DNA from: Mobula hypostoma
Lineage: Eukaryota
NCBI RefSeq assembly: GCF_963921235.1
Contig: NC_086097.1
Span: 142,664,001-142,728,000 of the forward strand
Reading direction: 5' to 3'
Length of the DNA: 64,000 nucleotides
Shown: one piece after another, positions 26,490 to 40,471 of the stretch
Layout: each line of letters begins with the position of its first letter
Numbering within the stretch: the stretch's first letter is position 1
Notes under the pieces: model-generated
The model's database searches: none
Told to the model about the DNA's origin: nothing
The model's input: the letters and a program-made list of their open reading frames with translations, nothing else
Translations under genes and position numbers: made by a program

Positions 26490-27387
26490 GTAGAGGAAAA
26501 CTGAGTGGAAAAAAAAATTGTGCAGAGGATATGGAGAGTCTGCAGAGAGAAATAGATGGGTTAAATGAGTGGGCAAGGGTCTGGCAGATGCAGTACAATG
26601 TTGGTAAATACAAGGTCATCCACTTTGGAAGGAAACATTGAAGATCAGATTATTATTTAAATAGTAAAAGATTGCAGCATGCTTCTGTGCAGAAGGATGT
26701 GGGACTGCTTGTGCATGAATGGCAAAAGTTTGGTTTTAGGTGCAGCAGGCTATCAAGAAGGCAAATGGAATGTTGGCCTTCACTGCTGGATGGATTGAAT
26801 TTAAGAACAATGAGGTTATGCTGCAACTGCATCTAGAAGCTGCATCAAGAGTACTGAGTGCAGTTCTGGTCGCCTTACTTGAGGAAGGATTTACTGGCCT
26901 TGGAGGTGGTGCAGAAGAGGTTCATCAGGTTGACTATGAGGAGAGATTAAGTCATCTGGGACTGTACTTGCTGGAATTCAGAAAGGATGAGAGGAGATCT
27001 CATAGAAACATATAAAATTATGAAAGGGATAGATAAGATAGAGGCAGGAAAGTTGTTTCTACTGGTAGGTGAGACTAGAACTAGGGGACATAGCCTCAAG
27101 ATTCGGGGGAGTAAATTTAGGACGGAGATGAGGAGGAACTGCTTTTCCCAAAGAGTGGTGAATCTGTGGGATTCTCTGCCCATTGAAGCAGTAGAGGTTC
27201 CTCAGTAAGCATATTTAAGACAATGTTGGATAAATTTTTGCATAGTAAGGGAATTAAGGGTTATGGGGAAAAGGCAGGTAGGTTGAGATGAGTCCACGGT
27301 CAGATCAGCCATGACCTTATTGAATGGCGGAGCAGACTCTATAGGCCAGATGGCCAACTCCTGCTCCTATTTCTTATGTTCTTATGA
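26490..27387 (+). mobile_element. CR1 3' fragment
   Basis: KKANGMLAF, MRGDLIETYK...RVVNLWDSLP; ttcttatgttcttatg tail. Confidence 0.9.
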
Positions 27388-27636
27388 TTTCAATGAAATA
27401 CATCCAGGTTTTTAAGAACATATGAAATTGAAAGCTTAGATAATTCAATTTACCTATTTTATAAGCTCATGGCCAAACACGTACTTCAATAGCACTTTCT
27501 TGCACCAGCCCATATCTACCAATCTATTGAATTCTTTGATGGAGCAGACTAGCTGGATTTTACTCAGTATTTTCAATGCAACCACATGCTGGAGTAAGAC
27601 TTCAACTACACAGCAATATTCTCACCTAAGAAATTA

Positions 27637-29409
27637 CAGCGGCATGCAGAAGTTTGGGCACCCCGGTCAAAATTTCTGTTACTGTGAGTAGCTAAGTGAG
27701 TAAAAGATGAACTGATTTCCAAAAGGCATAAAGTTAAAGATGACACATTTCTTTAATATTTTAAGCAAGAGAACTATTTTATTTCCACCTTTTACAGTTT
27801 CAAAATAACAAAAAAGGAAAAGGACCCGAAGCAAAAGTTTGGGCACCCTGCATGGCAGTACTTAGTAACACCCCCTTTGGCAAGTATCACAGCTTGTAAA
27901 CACTTTTTGTACCCAGCTAAGAGTCTTTCAATTCTTGTTTGGGGGATTTTCACCCATTCTTCCTTGCAAAAGGCTTCTAGTTCTGTGAGATTCTTGGGCC
28001 ATCTTGCATGCATTGCTCTTTTGAGGTCTAATCACAGATTCTCGATGATGTTTAGGTCGGGGGACTGTGAGGGCCATGGCAAAACCTTCAGCTTGCGCCT
28101 CTTGAGGTAGTCCAGTGTGGATTTTGAGGTGTGTGTAGGATCATTATCCTGTTGTAGAAGCCATCCTCTTTTCATCTTCGGTTTTTTTTTACAGATGGTG
28201 TGATGTTTGCTTCCAGAATTTGCTGGTATTTAATTGAATTCATTCTTCCCTCTACCAGTACACGTTCCCCGTGCCACTGGCTGCAACACAAGCCCAAAGC
28301 ATGATCGATCCACCCCCATGCTTAACAGTTGGAGAGGGGTTCTTTTCATGAAATACTGCACCCTTTTTTCTCCAAACATACGTTTGCTCATTGCAGCCAA
28401 AAAGTTCTATTCAAAAGTCAGTGGTGGAGGCAGCTACACTAGTGAAGTTTAAGAGACTACTAGACAGGTATATGGAGGAGTTATATGGGAGGCAGGGTTT
28501 GAGGGTCGGCACAACATTGTGGGCCGAAGGGCCTGTACTGTGCTGTACTATTCTATGTTCTATGTTCTAAAAGGTTCAAAGGACCATCTAAACAAGCCTG
28601 ATGCATTTTGGAAACAAGTCCTGTGGACTGATGAAGTTAAAATAGAACTTTTTGGCCGCAATGAGCAAAGGTATGTTTGGAGAAAAAAAAGTGCAGACTT
28701 TCATGAAAAGAACCCCTCTCCAACTGTTAAGCACGGGGGTGGATCATGCTTTGGGCTTGTGTTGCAGCCAGTGGCACGGGGAACATTTACTGGTAGAGGG
28801 AAGAATGAATTCAATTAAATACCAGCAAATTCTGGAAGCAAACATCACACCGTCTGTAAAAAAGCCAAAGATGAAAAGAGGATGGCTTCTACAACAGGAT
28901 AATGAACCTAAACACACCTCAAAATCCACAATGGACTACCTCAAGAGGCGCAAGCTGAAGATTTTGCCATGGCCCTCACAGTCCCCTGACCTAAGTATCA
29001 TCGAGAATCTGTGGATAGACCTCAAGAGCAATGCATGCAAGACGGCCCAAGCAACTCACAGAACTAGAAGCCTTTTGCAAGGAAAAATGGGTGAAAATCC
29101 CCCTAACAAGAATTGAAAGACTCTTAGCTGGGTACAAAAAGTGTTTACAAGCTGTGATACTTGCCAAAGGGGGTGTTACTAAGTACCGCCATGCAGGGTG
29201 CCCAAACTTTTGCTTCGGGCCCTTTTCCTTTTTTGGTATTTTTGAAACTGTAAAAGATGGAAATAAAAAAGTTTTCTTGTTTAAAATAGTAAAGAAATGT
29301 GTCATCTTTAACTTTATGCCTTTTGGAAATCAGTTCATCTTTTACTCACTTAACTATTCACAGTAACAGAAATTTTGACCAGGGGTGCCCAAACTTTTGC
29401 ATGCCACTG
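27637..29409. mobile_element. Tc1-family fold-back element (two inverted 3' halves) with central CR1 tail
   Basis: TA-cagcggcatgcagaagtttgggcacc ... ggtgcccaaacttttgcatgccactg-[31 protein letters not shown] motifs on + and their mirror on -. Confidence 0.92.
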
Positions 29410-29904
29410 TATATAGTCAATCTCCACCCAACATAGTCTAAGACCAGGTTTCCAATTCTGAATTTTGGTTTGATATCTGCTAAGGAATGTGGTGATTGCT
29501 GGTAGACCCTGTTGGAAGGAAGGACTGGTGAAATCTGCTAAACCCTTAGCTAAGTATTCTATTGGCTCCAATAATTACAAATGTGGAAAGAAAATACATT
29601 TTGCATCCTGCTGGCTGTGAGTAAGCCTGCAAGTCCTGCTATCGCAAGGTAAGAATGTGAAGTTATAGATCATTAAATTGTTACCGGGTGTTCAGTTTTC
29701 CAGCACTAGGATACACATACATGTTTAAATCCTATTGGGATTACCAATCAACTACTGATTGCCCTTTACACTCTCCACAGCACTGATGCTTGAGCTCCAT
29801 CTGCTGTGAAAGCTGAGTACTGCAGGACTAACTCAATCCCATATTCAAATGACTTCACTCCCAACAATCCCTGCAGGAACACAAGACACCTTGACACAAC
29901 ATAC

Positions 29905-30033
29905 TTCAGTTTGAAGCTTAATATTATTGCTGGAATTCCCTCGGCTATCACCAAGCTCTGTCATCCAGATCCACAGCAGAGACAATCCATGATACTCCAG
30001 AAAGGACTTCAGGCAACTCTGCGAATGCGTGTT
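29905..30033 (-). CDS. SETD2: SETD2 exon 11
   Basis: NTHSQSCLKSFLEYHGLSLLWIWMTELGDSRGNSSNNIKLQTE; ttcag|AAC ... GAA|gtatgt. Confidence 0.95.
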
Positions 30034-31178
30034 CTGAAAAGTAAATAAATGTAAATACTGCTTTAAGAGAACTCTTCATTCCAAATAACAACTTCTTCTC
30101 AGTGTCACTCTCTTTCTAAAATCAAGATTGATCTTTTGAACTTGGGCATCATCGATATGACCAACCGACACTGCTCTTCCCCAGTCACCCCGACAGTGCA
30201 TTTGTGAATTTTCTTGATCCTCTGTGATCAGTGTACTGAATTTTCTGAAATATTGTAAGGTAGGAAGTTCCAAGTGCTCTTGAATTGCTAGCTGCAATCT
30301 GATGTAATTGTCTGTCTTATCGCACACTTCAAGGAACAACTAAGAGACAATCAAGGAATCATATGACGTAAAATAGTCAAGGCGAGCAGATGTCCTTTGC
30401 TAAAGTACACCAGCGCCAGTGGAGACTAAATTAATGCAATGGCTTTGTAGTCACTTTTATTGATTTCAGTTCTTCTGAATCCCAAAATGCTTGCAGGGCT
30501 TGAAGCAGTACTCTCAGAATTACTAAATAAATTCATTTTCTGGATTATGAGCTTTACTAGAAAGACCATCATTTATTGGAAGGGAACGTACAGGAGGTGA
30601 TGCTTCCTGCTGCCCTTAAACATTCTCCTGGTACATGTCACTTCTGAGGTGCTGCTAGAATACCTGGATGAGTGACTGTCGTGCATTCTGCATACAGTAC
30701 ACATCACATCAATGGTGAAATGGTGGAATGAATGAATGTTTTGAGTGTTTGACTGGGTGTCAATCAAGCACTTTACTTTGTCCTGGATGGTGTCGAACCT
30801 CTTGAGAGCCACACTCATCCAAGGAAGTGGAGAGTACTCAATCGCTCTGCTGACTTGTGCCCTGTAGATAATGGAAAGGCCTTTGGGGCATCAGGAGACA
30901 TTCACTACTGGTACACAGCCTCCGACCTCATCATTTGGCCACAGTTATTTACGTGACTAGCCCAGCCATTTCTGGTCAGTGGTGACACACAGGGGGTTGG
31001 TCCCCGAATGGTTTTGTCACTAAATGTCAAGTTTAGGTTGGCTAGAGAAGATTGGGTAGCCAGTGACCCTCCCTGCAATAACACCAAGTTTAAATTTTAG
31101 CTCCAGTTGCAATGGCATTTCTCCCCAAAGCAGACCCTCACACTACCCCCACCCGCTGACCTGGGATCGAGTCATTAC

Positions 31179-31313
31179 CTGTATGATCTTGAGGCAAGTC
31201 AACTTCTGCTCCATGGTCTCTATGCGGACCATCAACCGGGTTAAACTGAGCACTTGGTCTGAATCACACAGGCCATCACCATTTTCCAGGAAGGCCTCTA
31301 GTTCTTCGTCCAC
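31179..31313 (-). CDS. SETD2: SETD2 exon 10
   Basis: VDEELEAFLENGDGLCDSDQVLSLTRLMVRIETMEQKLTCLKIIQ; gtcag|GTG ... CAG|gtaatg. Confidence 0.95.
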
Positions 31314-32019
31314 CTGACAATGAAGAGGAAAGAGGGGTTTAAACTAGCTGGTCAAGTGATACTGCTGCAATTAAAAAGGGCCAGTGTTAGCTCCCATCTC
31401 CTCCTGAATTTCTCAGGCACTCATGTCAGCTAAAAGCGAACATTTGTCCTGTGCCTCCACAGGTTGAAGCAAGTATATCCCAACCCATAAATCATATATA
31501 AAGGGCAAAGAAACCATGCACTGTGACATAAAACCACATGAATCGTTCTCAGGAAAGCACATGGAATTCTACAATATGGACTATTACAATCCGAGAAGCC
31601 AAATTCAAATTTTCAAATTGTTCAGGTAAGATTTGAATTCCTACCTACCACTCTCTTGATTAATAGTTATAACATAATTGCAACACTTCTGTATTGAGGG
31701 TGTGATCTCTTGACTATGGTTGAAGAGCCCGTTCATTTGTATAAGATGATAAAAATTAAACTTGTTTAAAGTAACACGGATATCAAGCTCCATGGAACAT
31801 ACACTCCTGGGCTTGTACACACTGGCAACGGTAGGAGAAGTGAGTAAGATGACTTATTTAGTTTTTTTGATAACGGCTTGACTGGGAAGGCTAGCATTTC
31901 CTGCCAATTTCTAATCACCCTTGAACTGAGTACTTTGCTAGCCATTTCAGAGAGCATTTTAATGTCAAACATTATTTGTACAGACACATGGAAACTAGAA
32001 TTCAGCAAACATACCCTAA

Positions 32020-32320
32020 GTCATTAAGACAGAGAAGTGGAATTAGGCCATTCAGCCCTTTGAGTCTGCTCTGACATTCCATCATGGCTGATTTATTATC
32101 CCATTCTTGTGTTTTCTCCCCATAACCTTTGACACCCTTACTAATCAAAAATCTATTGACCTCCGCTTTAAATATATTTGGCCTCCAAAGCCGCCTGTGG
32201 CAATAAGTTCCATAGATTCACCACCCTCAAAGCTAAAGTAGTTCCTCCTCATTTCTGCTCTAAAAGGACATTTCTGTATTCTGAGGCTATGCTCTCCGGT
32301 CCTAGTTCCCCCACTGCAGG
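32020..32320 (-). mobile_element. CR1 3' end fragment
   Basis: TRTGEHSLRI...FRAEMRRNYFS; CR1 3' UTR. Confidence 0.75.
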
Positions 32321-32367
32321 AAACACAGATCAACACATATCACAGATGGGTTTCAAATAATACTTAC

Positions 32368-32503
32368 GGAGTCTTTCTTTCGAGATCGGTCCTTGTCCTT
32401 TAGCTTAACCTTCCCTCCAGCTGCCCGAATGCTGACCCGGTTTTCACCGCCCAAGTAACCACGACAGTTTGCTGATCCACAAAAACATTTTTGAGCTTCC
32501 TTC
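32368..32503 (-). CDS. SETD2: SETD2 exon 9 (post-SET)
   Basis: KEAQKCFCGSANCRGYLGGENRVSIRAAGGKVKLKDKDRSRKKDS; tgcag|G ... TCC|gtaagt. Confidence 0.96.
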
Positions 32504-33386
32504 CTGCATTCAGGGAGATTAAAATCCGTAGTAACACAGCTTGGTCAGCTGAGCATTGTGTTCAGACATGGCTGCACCAACTGGTACACAATTTTGTACA
32601 AGCAAAGACCAACTAGCTTGCCTTCTGATCCATTACCATGCATGGGCAGGACAATGGTCCCTGGGAAGCCCAAGAACCAATATAGGAGTGGCCAGTGATA
32701 TCATTAAAGGAAGTGACTACTTTTGCTATAAAGAATGCAGCCAAAGAACCCCCAGCTGGTACTCGGGGCCATCCCAACTTCAGCCCCCAACTGCGCTGGA
32801 TCCAGGATCAAAGATCCAGGGATAAAATGAACAGGAACAACAGAGGGTCTAGTCTGATCATCAGAGCCCTAGTCCCAATCAAGGTTCAGGTCCACATCCT
32901 GATCAGGACCCAAGTGGATTGTACTGGTGGACACGGGGCTGTCAAGTTATCACTGTACAATACGGGTGCACAGGCCTCTCACTGCATAACAAGATGGTAG
33001 GGAAATGGTAGAGTGGGTCTGATTGGTGGAAGTGAGCACTTGTGACTCAAGGAACAATAACGGGGAGAAACAAACAGCAGCTGAGGGTGTGGGCAGCAGC
33101 CGGGTGAGCTGATGAAACGAACAGCAGAAGGAGCAGTAAGGAGGCAGCAGAATGCAAATTCAAGGCAAATAGTTCCCTTGTCATTCTAGGCACTGAAATC
33201 ACAACTTCCATCGAGCCATGCTGTTCATATGCATTCAGTGGATAGTGCACATTGCAGAGTCCAGATAACAGCACCGGTACAGCACATTTGTACATTTGAT
33301 ACAAGACACAGTATTGAAGATCACTGTACAAACAGAGGAAAACATAGGCAGATCAACTATGGAAACAGCTCAATGAAGAATCTTAC

Positions 33387-33484
33387 CCATATCGCTGAAA
33401 CTGGTAATCAAAGGTTAGCTCTGTTCCAGCTGGAACTGTCTTGGTTGTGAAAAATCCAACTCGAAGTTGCCCATTCACTGTCCA
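33387..33484 (-). CDS. SETD2: SETD2 exon 8 (SET)
   Basis: WTVNGQLRVGFFTTKTVPAGTELTFDYQFQRYG; tatag|TGG ... GG|gtaaga. Confidence 0.96.
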
Positions 33485-34229
33485 CTATAAAGAAGAAGTG
33501 CAAATTCACAGCTTTTTTCTAAAAAGATGCATTTTTATGTCAAGAAAATCAGCTAGGCTCTACTGACGTTTCCCTCCACTGACGATGTCTGAACCACCAT
33601 GTTCCTCCGGCATCTTCTTTGTTTCATACTGACATCCTTGTCCAGGTTAAGACTTCTGAGTTTAATTCCCGCTGAAGATAATAAAACCTCTAATCTCCTT
33701 TGATGTCCCAGAACAGCATGGAGGAAGTGCTACACTACACTTGTCAGAGGAACATCAGACTGAGACTGTCCAGTCGAAAGTAAAGTTAGCTATGGACTGT
33801 AAAAAAACACAACACTATTTGTTATAGCTAAGTTTTAATCAAGTTTGGGAAGTCAGAGTGAAGGCAGTATGTCAGCTAGTAGACTTTGTGCTCCAAAAAT
33901 CCAGTGACCTGTATTCAGTTCCAACCTTGGGTACTATATATGCTGAGATTGCATGTCCTTCCTGTAACTAGCTGGTTTTCCTCTGGTCTGCTTTCCTCTC
34001 ATATTCTATATGATTAAGAGGTTAACTGACTACTAAATTGCCCTGATGTGAGTAATAGTGAAAGAATCTGTGGGGGCAGTGGCAAGGGAGGAGGAGCAGC
34101 AGGAATGATTTATAGAAATGTGGAGAGAATAAGTTAAAAAAGGAAATTACTGGGAGAAAGGGAATACTCTGAGCAGTGGGATGGGGTCCACCACTTTTTC
34201 CCCCGAAGAGATCCAACCACTTTTCCACT

Positions 34230-35120
34230 GCCACATATAATCATTTGCCTCGATGAACTTATTCTCACATAGAACAACTTCTTCAAACCCACCTCACTTT
34301 CTGCAGATCAAAGTGTAGCAATAGGCACTTATCTGGGCTCAAGTTATACCTGCCTTTGTGTGGTATACGCAACTTTAACAGGAGTTTCCCCTACATCTTT
34401 TCTTTCAGCACACTGATGCCTGCATTGGCATTGCCTTCTGTACTCATGCAGAACTTGATCAATTCATTACTTCTGCTACTGATTTCCACCCTGCTCTCAT
34501 CTTCAATTGGACAAACTCCTAGATCCCTTTCCTGGCTCTCAAGAGATTACCTGGCTACTGACACCCATCACAAGCCTACCGACTCCCACAGCTGTCTTGA
34601 GTAAGCTTTGTGCTGCCTTGACTCTGTTTGATCACTTCCTTCATCTCTGTTGTATTCACTTCAAAGATGTGACTTTCCGTACAGATGGCTCTGAAATGCC
34701 TTTATTTCTCATCGACTTTGGCTTTCCCTCTACCATTGTCCATAAAGTGCTTTATGACATCTCATTCATTGCCCAGACACCAACCCTCACCTACTCTTCT
34801 CTAGGGCAGAACAAGAATAGAATTCCATTGATTCTCACCAACTGCACCATCAGCCTCCTCATTCAAAAGATCATTCTTTGCAATTTCATACATCTTCAAA
34901 GAGATTCCATCATCAAGCATTTCTTGACCTCCCTACCTAGCGCTTATCTTCCCACCACCCCACTTCTAACAGCACTTTCCCTTGCAAACCCAGGCAATTC
35001 AACACTTGTCTTTTTGTTTCACAGGAAGCAGTGATTCATTTGCACACTTTCCAATCTGGTCTCACATTGTGGTCTCCTATATATCGAACTAAACACACGC
35101 AGATTGTGCAATCACTTCCT
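34230..35120 (+). mobile_element. Penelope-like element RT/GIY-YIG remnant
   Basis: ctgcagatcaaagtgtagcaataggcac...tatacctgcctttgtgtgg resembles LQIKGVAMGT..PSYACLFVG; tgtggtctcctatatatcg resembles CGLLYIG; frameshifted. Confidence 0.7.
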
Positions 35121-36247
35121 GAAATGCCAGGTGTCTAAGCACACAACCACCTTTAGGACTCAGTATTGTGTTGTACTACTCAAGGTAACTTGATTTCTAT
35201 CTACATCAGTCATCCACCTGTGATATTGACTCAGCTTATTTGTTCCTCTTTCCTTGTCTTTTTTTTCCTCTCTAGGGAATATTTGCATATATATTTACAT
35301 TATATCAAACATTAATCAAGTAAAACACTCAGACTCAGTAAACACTTGTGCATTTCAGCTCATCCTAAGCACAGTCTATTATTCAATATCAACCTGCTAA
35401 TCACAATTAGATGCAGATGGATTTCCATTTAGAATGTGGCTAGTGCTGAAAGTACTGGACAATGCAGGGCCAAAATTTTGTTGGTTAATGCCAATTCCTG
35501 AAAACTGAAGCTTGCTAGATGATTTAAAAGATAGTTTTTTGGCCAGCTTAAGATACCCCAGACCATTTTCCATCTAAAGTAGTACTTTGAAAGCACATCC
35601 ATTGATTTTTCTGATTTGCTGGTGATTGCTCTCTGAAACTATCTTGAGAGCAGATGTGAACGGGTTATATTACCAGGAGTTGGGTATGACATAATGCTGC
35701 CATGCTGGCATGGAAGAACAGGCACGGCCCACCAAACAGCAGAGAAAAACCCACCCCTCCACTTAGCAAACGCTAAATACTTACCAACATCTCTGACCTG
35801 CAGGAATATCCCAAAATATTCAAAGATTATTAAAGACTGATGAAGTAATAATAAAAAAAATACATGTTTAAATACTTAAAACATTTAAGCAAATTTTAAA
35901 AAGGGGAGACTGCTTGAAATTTGACTAATTCACAAACAGCTGCTCTTTATCACTCAAATAGCTTTAATGTTGAAGCTGCACCAGGTCTTATTTGGTGCAG
36001 GTTCAGTGGGCGTAACTGCTGGGCTAATACATTAAGTTCACATTCTGCTGAAGTAGTCCTTAGAGCTCAATTCTGGAAATAGGCTGAAACGAACAGCTAA
36101 GTAGTTCTGGATGTCTGCCTTTGTGTGGGAATTCTGGTGGCAGCCAGAAATGTTGGTGGGATGGGCAGAGAGATGGTGAGAGGGGGATGTAAAATGGAGG
36201 GAAAAAGAGGAACTGTGATCAACTATTATCTGTTTCTATTCTCTCAC

Positions 36248-36325
36248 CTTCTGGGTTTCACAATTGGGTTCACAGCTGTGGTTCATGAAACGAGAACAAT
36301 TTCCTTTCAGGGTTGCATCAATGAT
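36248..36325 (-). CDS. SETD2: SETD2 exon 7 (SET, NHSC motif)
   Basis: [26 protein letters not shown]; accag|ATC ... AAG|gtgaga. Confidence 0.96.
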
Positions 36326-37229
36326 CTGGTGAAAAGAAAAAGCAAAATTAAAGGTGACGTTTTTACAAATGGATATATTCATTATTATCAAACTAACAAG
36401 TACAGTAGCAGCTTAATTACTATTGTATTTAGATTTATTGCAGCTAGAGGGTATTCCACACTGTCAGAATGCACGCCCTTGGGGCTGATGTGTCTTGATA
36501 AAGATCCATCCTGCCCTGGCACAGTCCTCCTTCAGCTGATCAGTCAATAGTTTACTGTGGTCCTCGGAGCTGGAATGTTTTTAACACTGCATGCAATTCA
36601 AGTTTTTTCTTTGTCAGCCTCTCCAAAAGCCATGATCGCTACCACCTACAATGCTGATTCCCAAGATCCGCAATGTGCCAGATTGGAAGATGAGATGCAG
36701 AACATCCATATTTAGGCCCCAAGAATGACCTCACCCCCAAGTTTCCAGATGCTTGTCAGTTTAATTTCTTCCGCACTCCTGCTGTTTCATTCGGTTCCAC
36801 ATGAAGTGATGTGGACTAAAGGATCAGGCTGTCATCTTGCAAACTGACATAGTGCTGGCATCAGTGCTGATTGCCTGCAATTGCAGATAACTGGCTATTC
36901 CAGTCATCATCCAATCAATATTTTTCCCCCACTGTAGAGGGAATTGCAATGCCATCACCATAACCGTTGCACCACACACTACATAATGTGTTATTCAATT
37001 TTTTCTAGTAGTGAACCTATAAAGGTCTTCCCTTTTGTTCTCCCTTCCCGTCTCAGAAATTGGAAAAGCATCCATGTCAAAATACAAAATGTTGCAGACA
37101 TTTCATGTAGCGTAGAAGTACTACAATAGCTTAGGGGCATTGCAGTTCCCTTAATACTTTACAGTGCCAGCGATCGGGGTTCAATTGCCACTACCGGAGT
37201 TTGTACCTTCTCCCCATGACCTCATGGGT

Positions 37230-38760
37230 GTTAGTGTGCTTGGGATAACCCGGCAATGGAAAAGGAACCTGTTCAATTTCATCAAGTCACCTGGAGTTTG
37301 TTTGGAAAGGCCTTGTTTCACCATTTATACTGCTTGCTCTGACAGGCCATTTGATGCTGCGTAAAATGGAGCTGCTGTCAGGTTCCTAATATCATTTGTC
37401 TTGACAAACTCTCTAAATTCTGCACTTGTATTACATCTGCTCTCTGTAGTCAGTCAAGTTCCTCTTCTACCTTTGGGCCCACTGCATATGGCACCGGATA
37501 GGCCTGTACAACTTTAGCCAGCATTTTTGCTCAAACTTGAACTTGGCTGCTGGACTATGGCATTGACCCCAAGTGTCAGCATGGAAAACCTGCCGGTGCT
37601 TTTGTAGTAAAGAATTCAAGGCAGGGCTCTCCCAATATGGTCAATCCAGGACAGCACCTGTTATGCATTGCATGGAGCAAGAACAGCAATGACGTGGTAT
37701 AATTAAGCTGGTCAACGCACCCTTTTGGACCATCAGAGAGGGGCAGCTTCCCTCTCTGTGCCTTCCTGATTAGCCGATGATGCGGGCAGTGAACTGTGAA
37801 GGGCCTCTTCTCTTGATGAACCGCTATATTGGTTCATCTGCTGGGACGCTGGGTTCATTAGCAGAGGATGCTTCTGGGGCTTCCCTGGGTAAACAGATTG
37901 AGTCGCATGGGCACTCTCCACATTCTCGCAATCAATTTGATAAGGTACAGCACTGATGGCATCTTTTTAATCCAATTTCTGTCCAGCAAATTAGGCCACT
38001 GGCCTCCTGACTACAGAAAGGTGGGCAAGTGAAATCGGTCCTGCTCATGAACCACTTCTGTCGTAAAGACACCAGCACTTTGGTACACAGAATTCAGCGG
38101 TCTTAATTTTGGAATCTGGCACGAGGATAATCTACTTACCACAGTGACGGCTGAACCAGTATCCAGCTCAAATTTCACGGGCTGGTTGCCCATTGTGAGT
38201 GTGAGTGCAACCAAGTAAGGTTGCTGGTTTTGGTGGCCAGTCATGGTTTTGGAAAATAATGCCCAATTCTTTGCTCTAGCTGTCTCCTTGCGTGAAGGTT
38301 GAACTCTGCCGTTTTCTCATGGCACATTGCTAAGTGAAGTACATCTTCTCAAGGTGCCCTACTTTCCGAGAGAACCGACAGACTGCCTTTTGATAGCTAC
38401 AAGAACCCAAATTGTCTTAAGTTCTCAAAATGTTGTCCAAAGCCTCAAATGCTTGTATCAATTCAGACTTATTCCATAGGTGCAGAGCACTGAAGTATTT
38501 CTGCCTGAGTTTTCCCAAGTGCATGTGGAACCGCTTCAGTTTTATTACTTTTTCCAGCTTTGCCGCTGATGTTAAAATTGGTAGGGGTTCTAAGTAGTCC
38601 AAAAAGGCTTTTTTTCCTTTGCAGCCAGGTCCCCACAGTCAGTGTTGCCCAAAATGGTGCTTGAAGTAGAGCAGCTATTCTTGCTCTGATCCCATCCTTG
38701 TTATAAAATGTTATGTATGTGTGGAACAAGAATGAGGACAGTGTAGTATGGCTAAGCATT
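37230..38760 (-). mobile_element. Gypsy/Ty3-like LTR retrotransposon internal remnant
   Basis: PVKFELDTGSAVTVVS aspartic protease motif (ORF 38011..38244) with decayed flanking gag/integrase-like sequence; LTRs not identified. Confidence 0.6.
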
Positions 38761-38999
38761 TTTACTGAGTTGTTAGCAACAGTACATGCTGGGCAACTTA
38801 CAGTGTGGGAGCTATGAACCGGACCCGCTGAGACAAAAACTCAAAAGCCCGCACCCAAAAGAGAAAGCCCCCCACCACGCTCAGGAGAAACAATCGATTT
38901 GCCATGCTATCAAATGGCTGCATGTGCCCATCACACTTTCACAATTGACCTGATACTGTGCACAAACCTCTGCAGTCACTTACAATCCTATGTATTGGG

Positions 39000-39330
39000 A
39001 GGCTGTAATGCAATCATTCAGAATGCTCTCAACTGTATATCTACTGAAATTTTTAAGTCTTCAGTGACATATTGAATCGCTTGAAAATTCCAAATAAAGG
39101 AGAGCTGCTGGTGTGATTGCATCAATGTATTGGGTCCAGGATACAGCCTTTGAGATGTTGACACTCAGCAACGTGAAGCTGCTCAACCTTTTCACCACTG
39201 ACCCCTCAATGAGAAGTGATGTGTGCTCTCCCAACTCCACCTTCCTGAAATGCACAATCAATTCCTTGGTCTTGCTGATTTTGAGCGCAAGGTTATTGCT
39301 GTGACACCAAACAGCCAATCTACCTCTCTG
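39000..39330 (-). mobile_element. Rex1/Babar-like fragment
   Basis: WCHSNNLALKISKTKELIVHFRK. Confidence 0.7.
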
Positions 39331-40347
39331 CTGTGCACCATTGCAGCAGTAACATACACATGACTTCCAATTGGCTGGCTTTTGATAAACAAAATATCAA
39401 AGCACAAACATGTGGATGTATGTACATAACCTTACAATATTTGAACAAGTATTAGATGTGGTCAGGGTACTCATGTCCCTGTTTGCTTGCAATCGCCCCT
39501 CCCACCCCAAATAAGCAACCTCTTCAAGGAATTATGGAGTGGCTAAGTGCACAAAAGAGTGAAAGAAGCATTCTTTACCAATGTTGCACAGAGTAGGACT
39601 TAGCTTCACACAGGGCTATGACCCATCAATGTTTGTTTGGCAAATTCAGTCAGGTTTCCCTCAGATCTTGCACTTACAGAATACATACCACATCCTCACA
39701 ACGTTTCAATGTACTCCACAGAAAAATAAGGTCTTTTATGGAGGAGTCATTGTATTGTGAGAAAATACATCTGCCAATTTTGGTATTGCAAGATCCCACA
39801 AACAGTAATACTGAGATCAGAAAATTTGCTTTCCTTCTTATCTATCAATATTATAGGATCTTTTATATACTTTTTATGCTGTTCTAGTCTCGTGTGGCAT
39901 TCTAGAGATGGCACCTTTGACTGGAGCAGTTTAACAATGCACAAAAATGTACAAAGTAAACTGCCCAACAATAGTTTCCTTGCCTTGCACTCAGAAGACT
40001 GAGAGCTACTGTAGTCTGGATTATATAACCATACTGTAACTCAGATACTCCAGTATCTAATATGGCAACGTTTTTACATCTATAACAAAAGAACAAATGA
40101 GAAGTTGGGGAATTTCTTCTTAAATGAATGTTTGTTGGGATATGAATTACTCTGTTTAGAAACAGTGGCAGAATCAGAATCCATACTGGCTTCTGAAAGG
40201 GAAAGTAAACGTCTGACTGACAAATTTACAAAGGCATGTTCAAAAGGTACAGAAATAAGGGGATAATTCCTTCAGTGAGTCAATGTGCACCAAATGGGGA
40301 GAGACCAAGGCCATTTGAATCACGAGTCACAGAGATAATTTTCTCAC

Positions 40348-40471
40348 CTCATCGTTTTTCAGTGCCATGAAATAGTAATGGATGTTCTTATTGCGGGCAT
40401 ACTCCTTAACTCGGGTTTTGAATTCCTTGTGGTCCAGCACTTCCCCACAGTACTCCAGAACAAAGCTATTC
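40348..40471 (-). CDS. SETD2: SETD2 exon 6 (SET)
   Basis: NSFVLEYCGEVLDHKEFKTRVKEYARNKNIHYYFMALKNDE; tgcag|G ... GAG|gtgaga. Confidence 0.96.

Noticed and set aside
32790..32920. Short imperfect gatcc/ggatc repeats
   Set aside because: No constant period or conserved repeat-spacer structure; cannot support an array.
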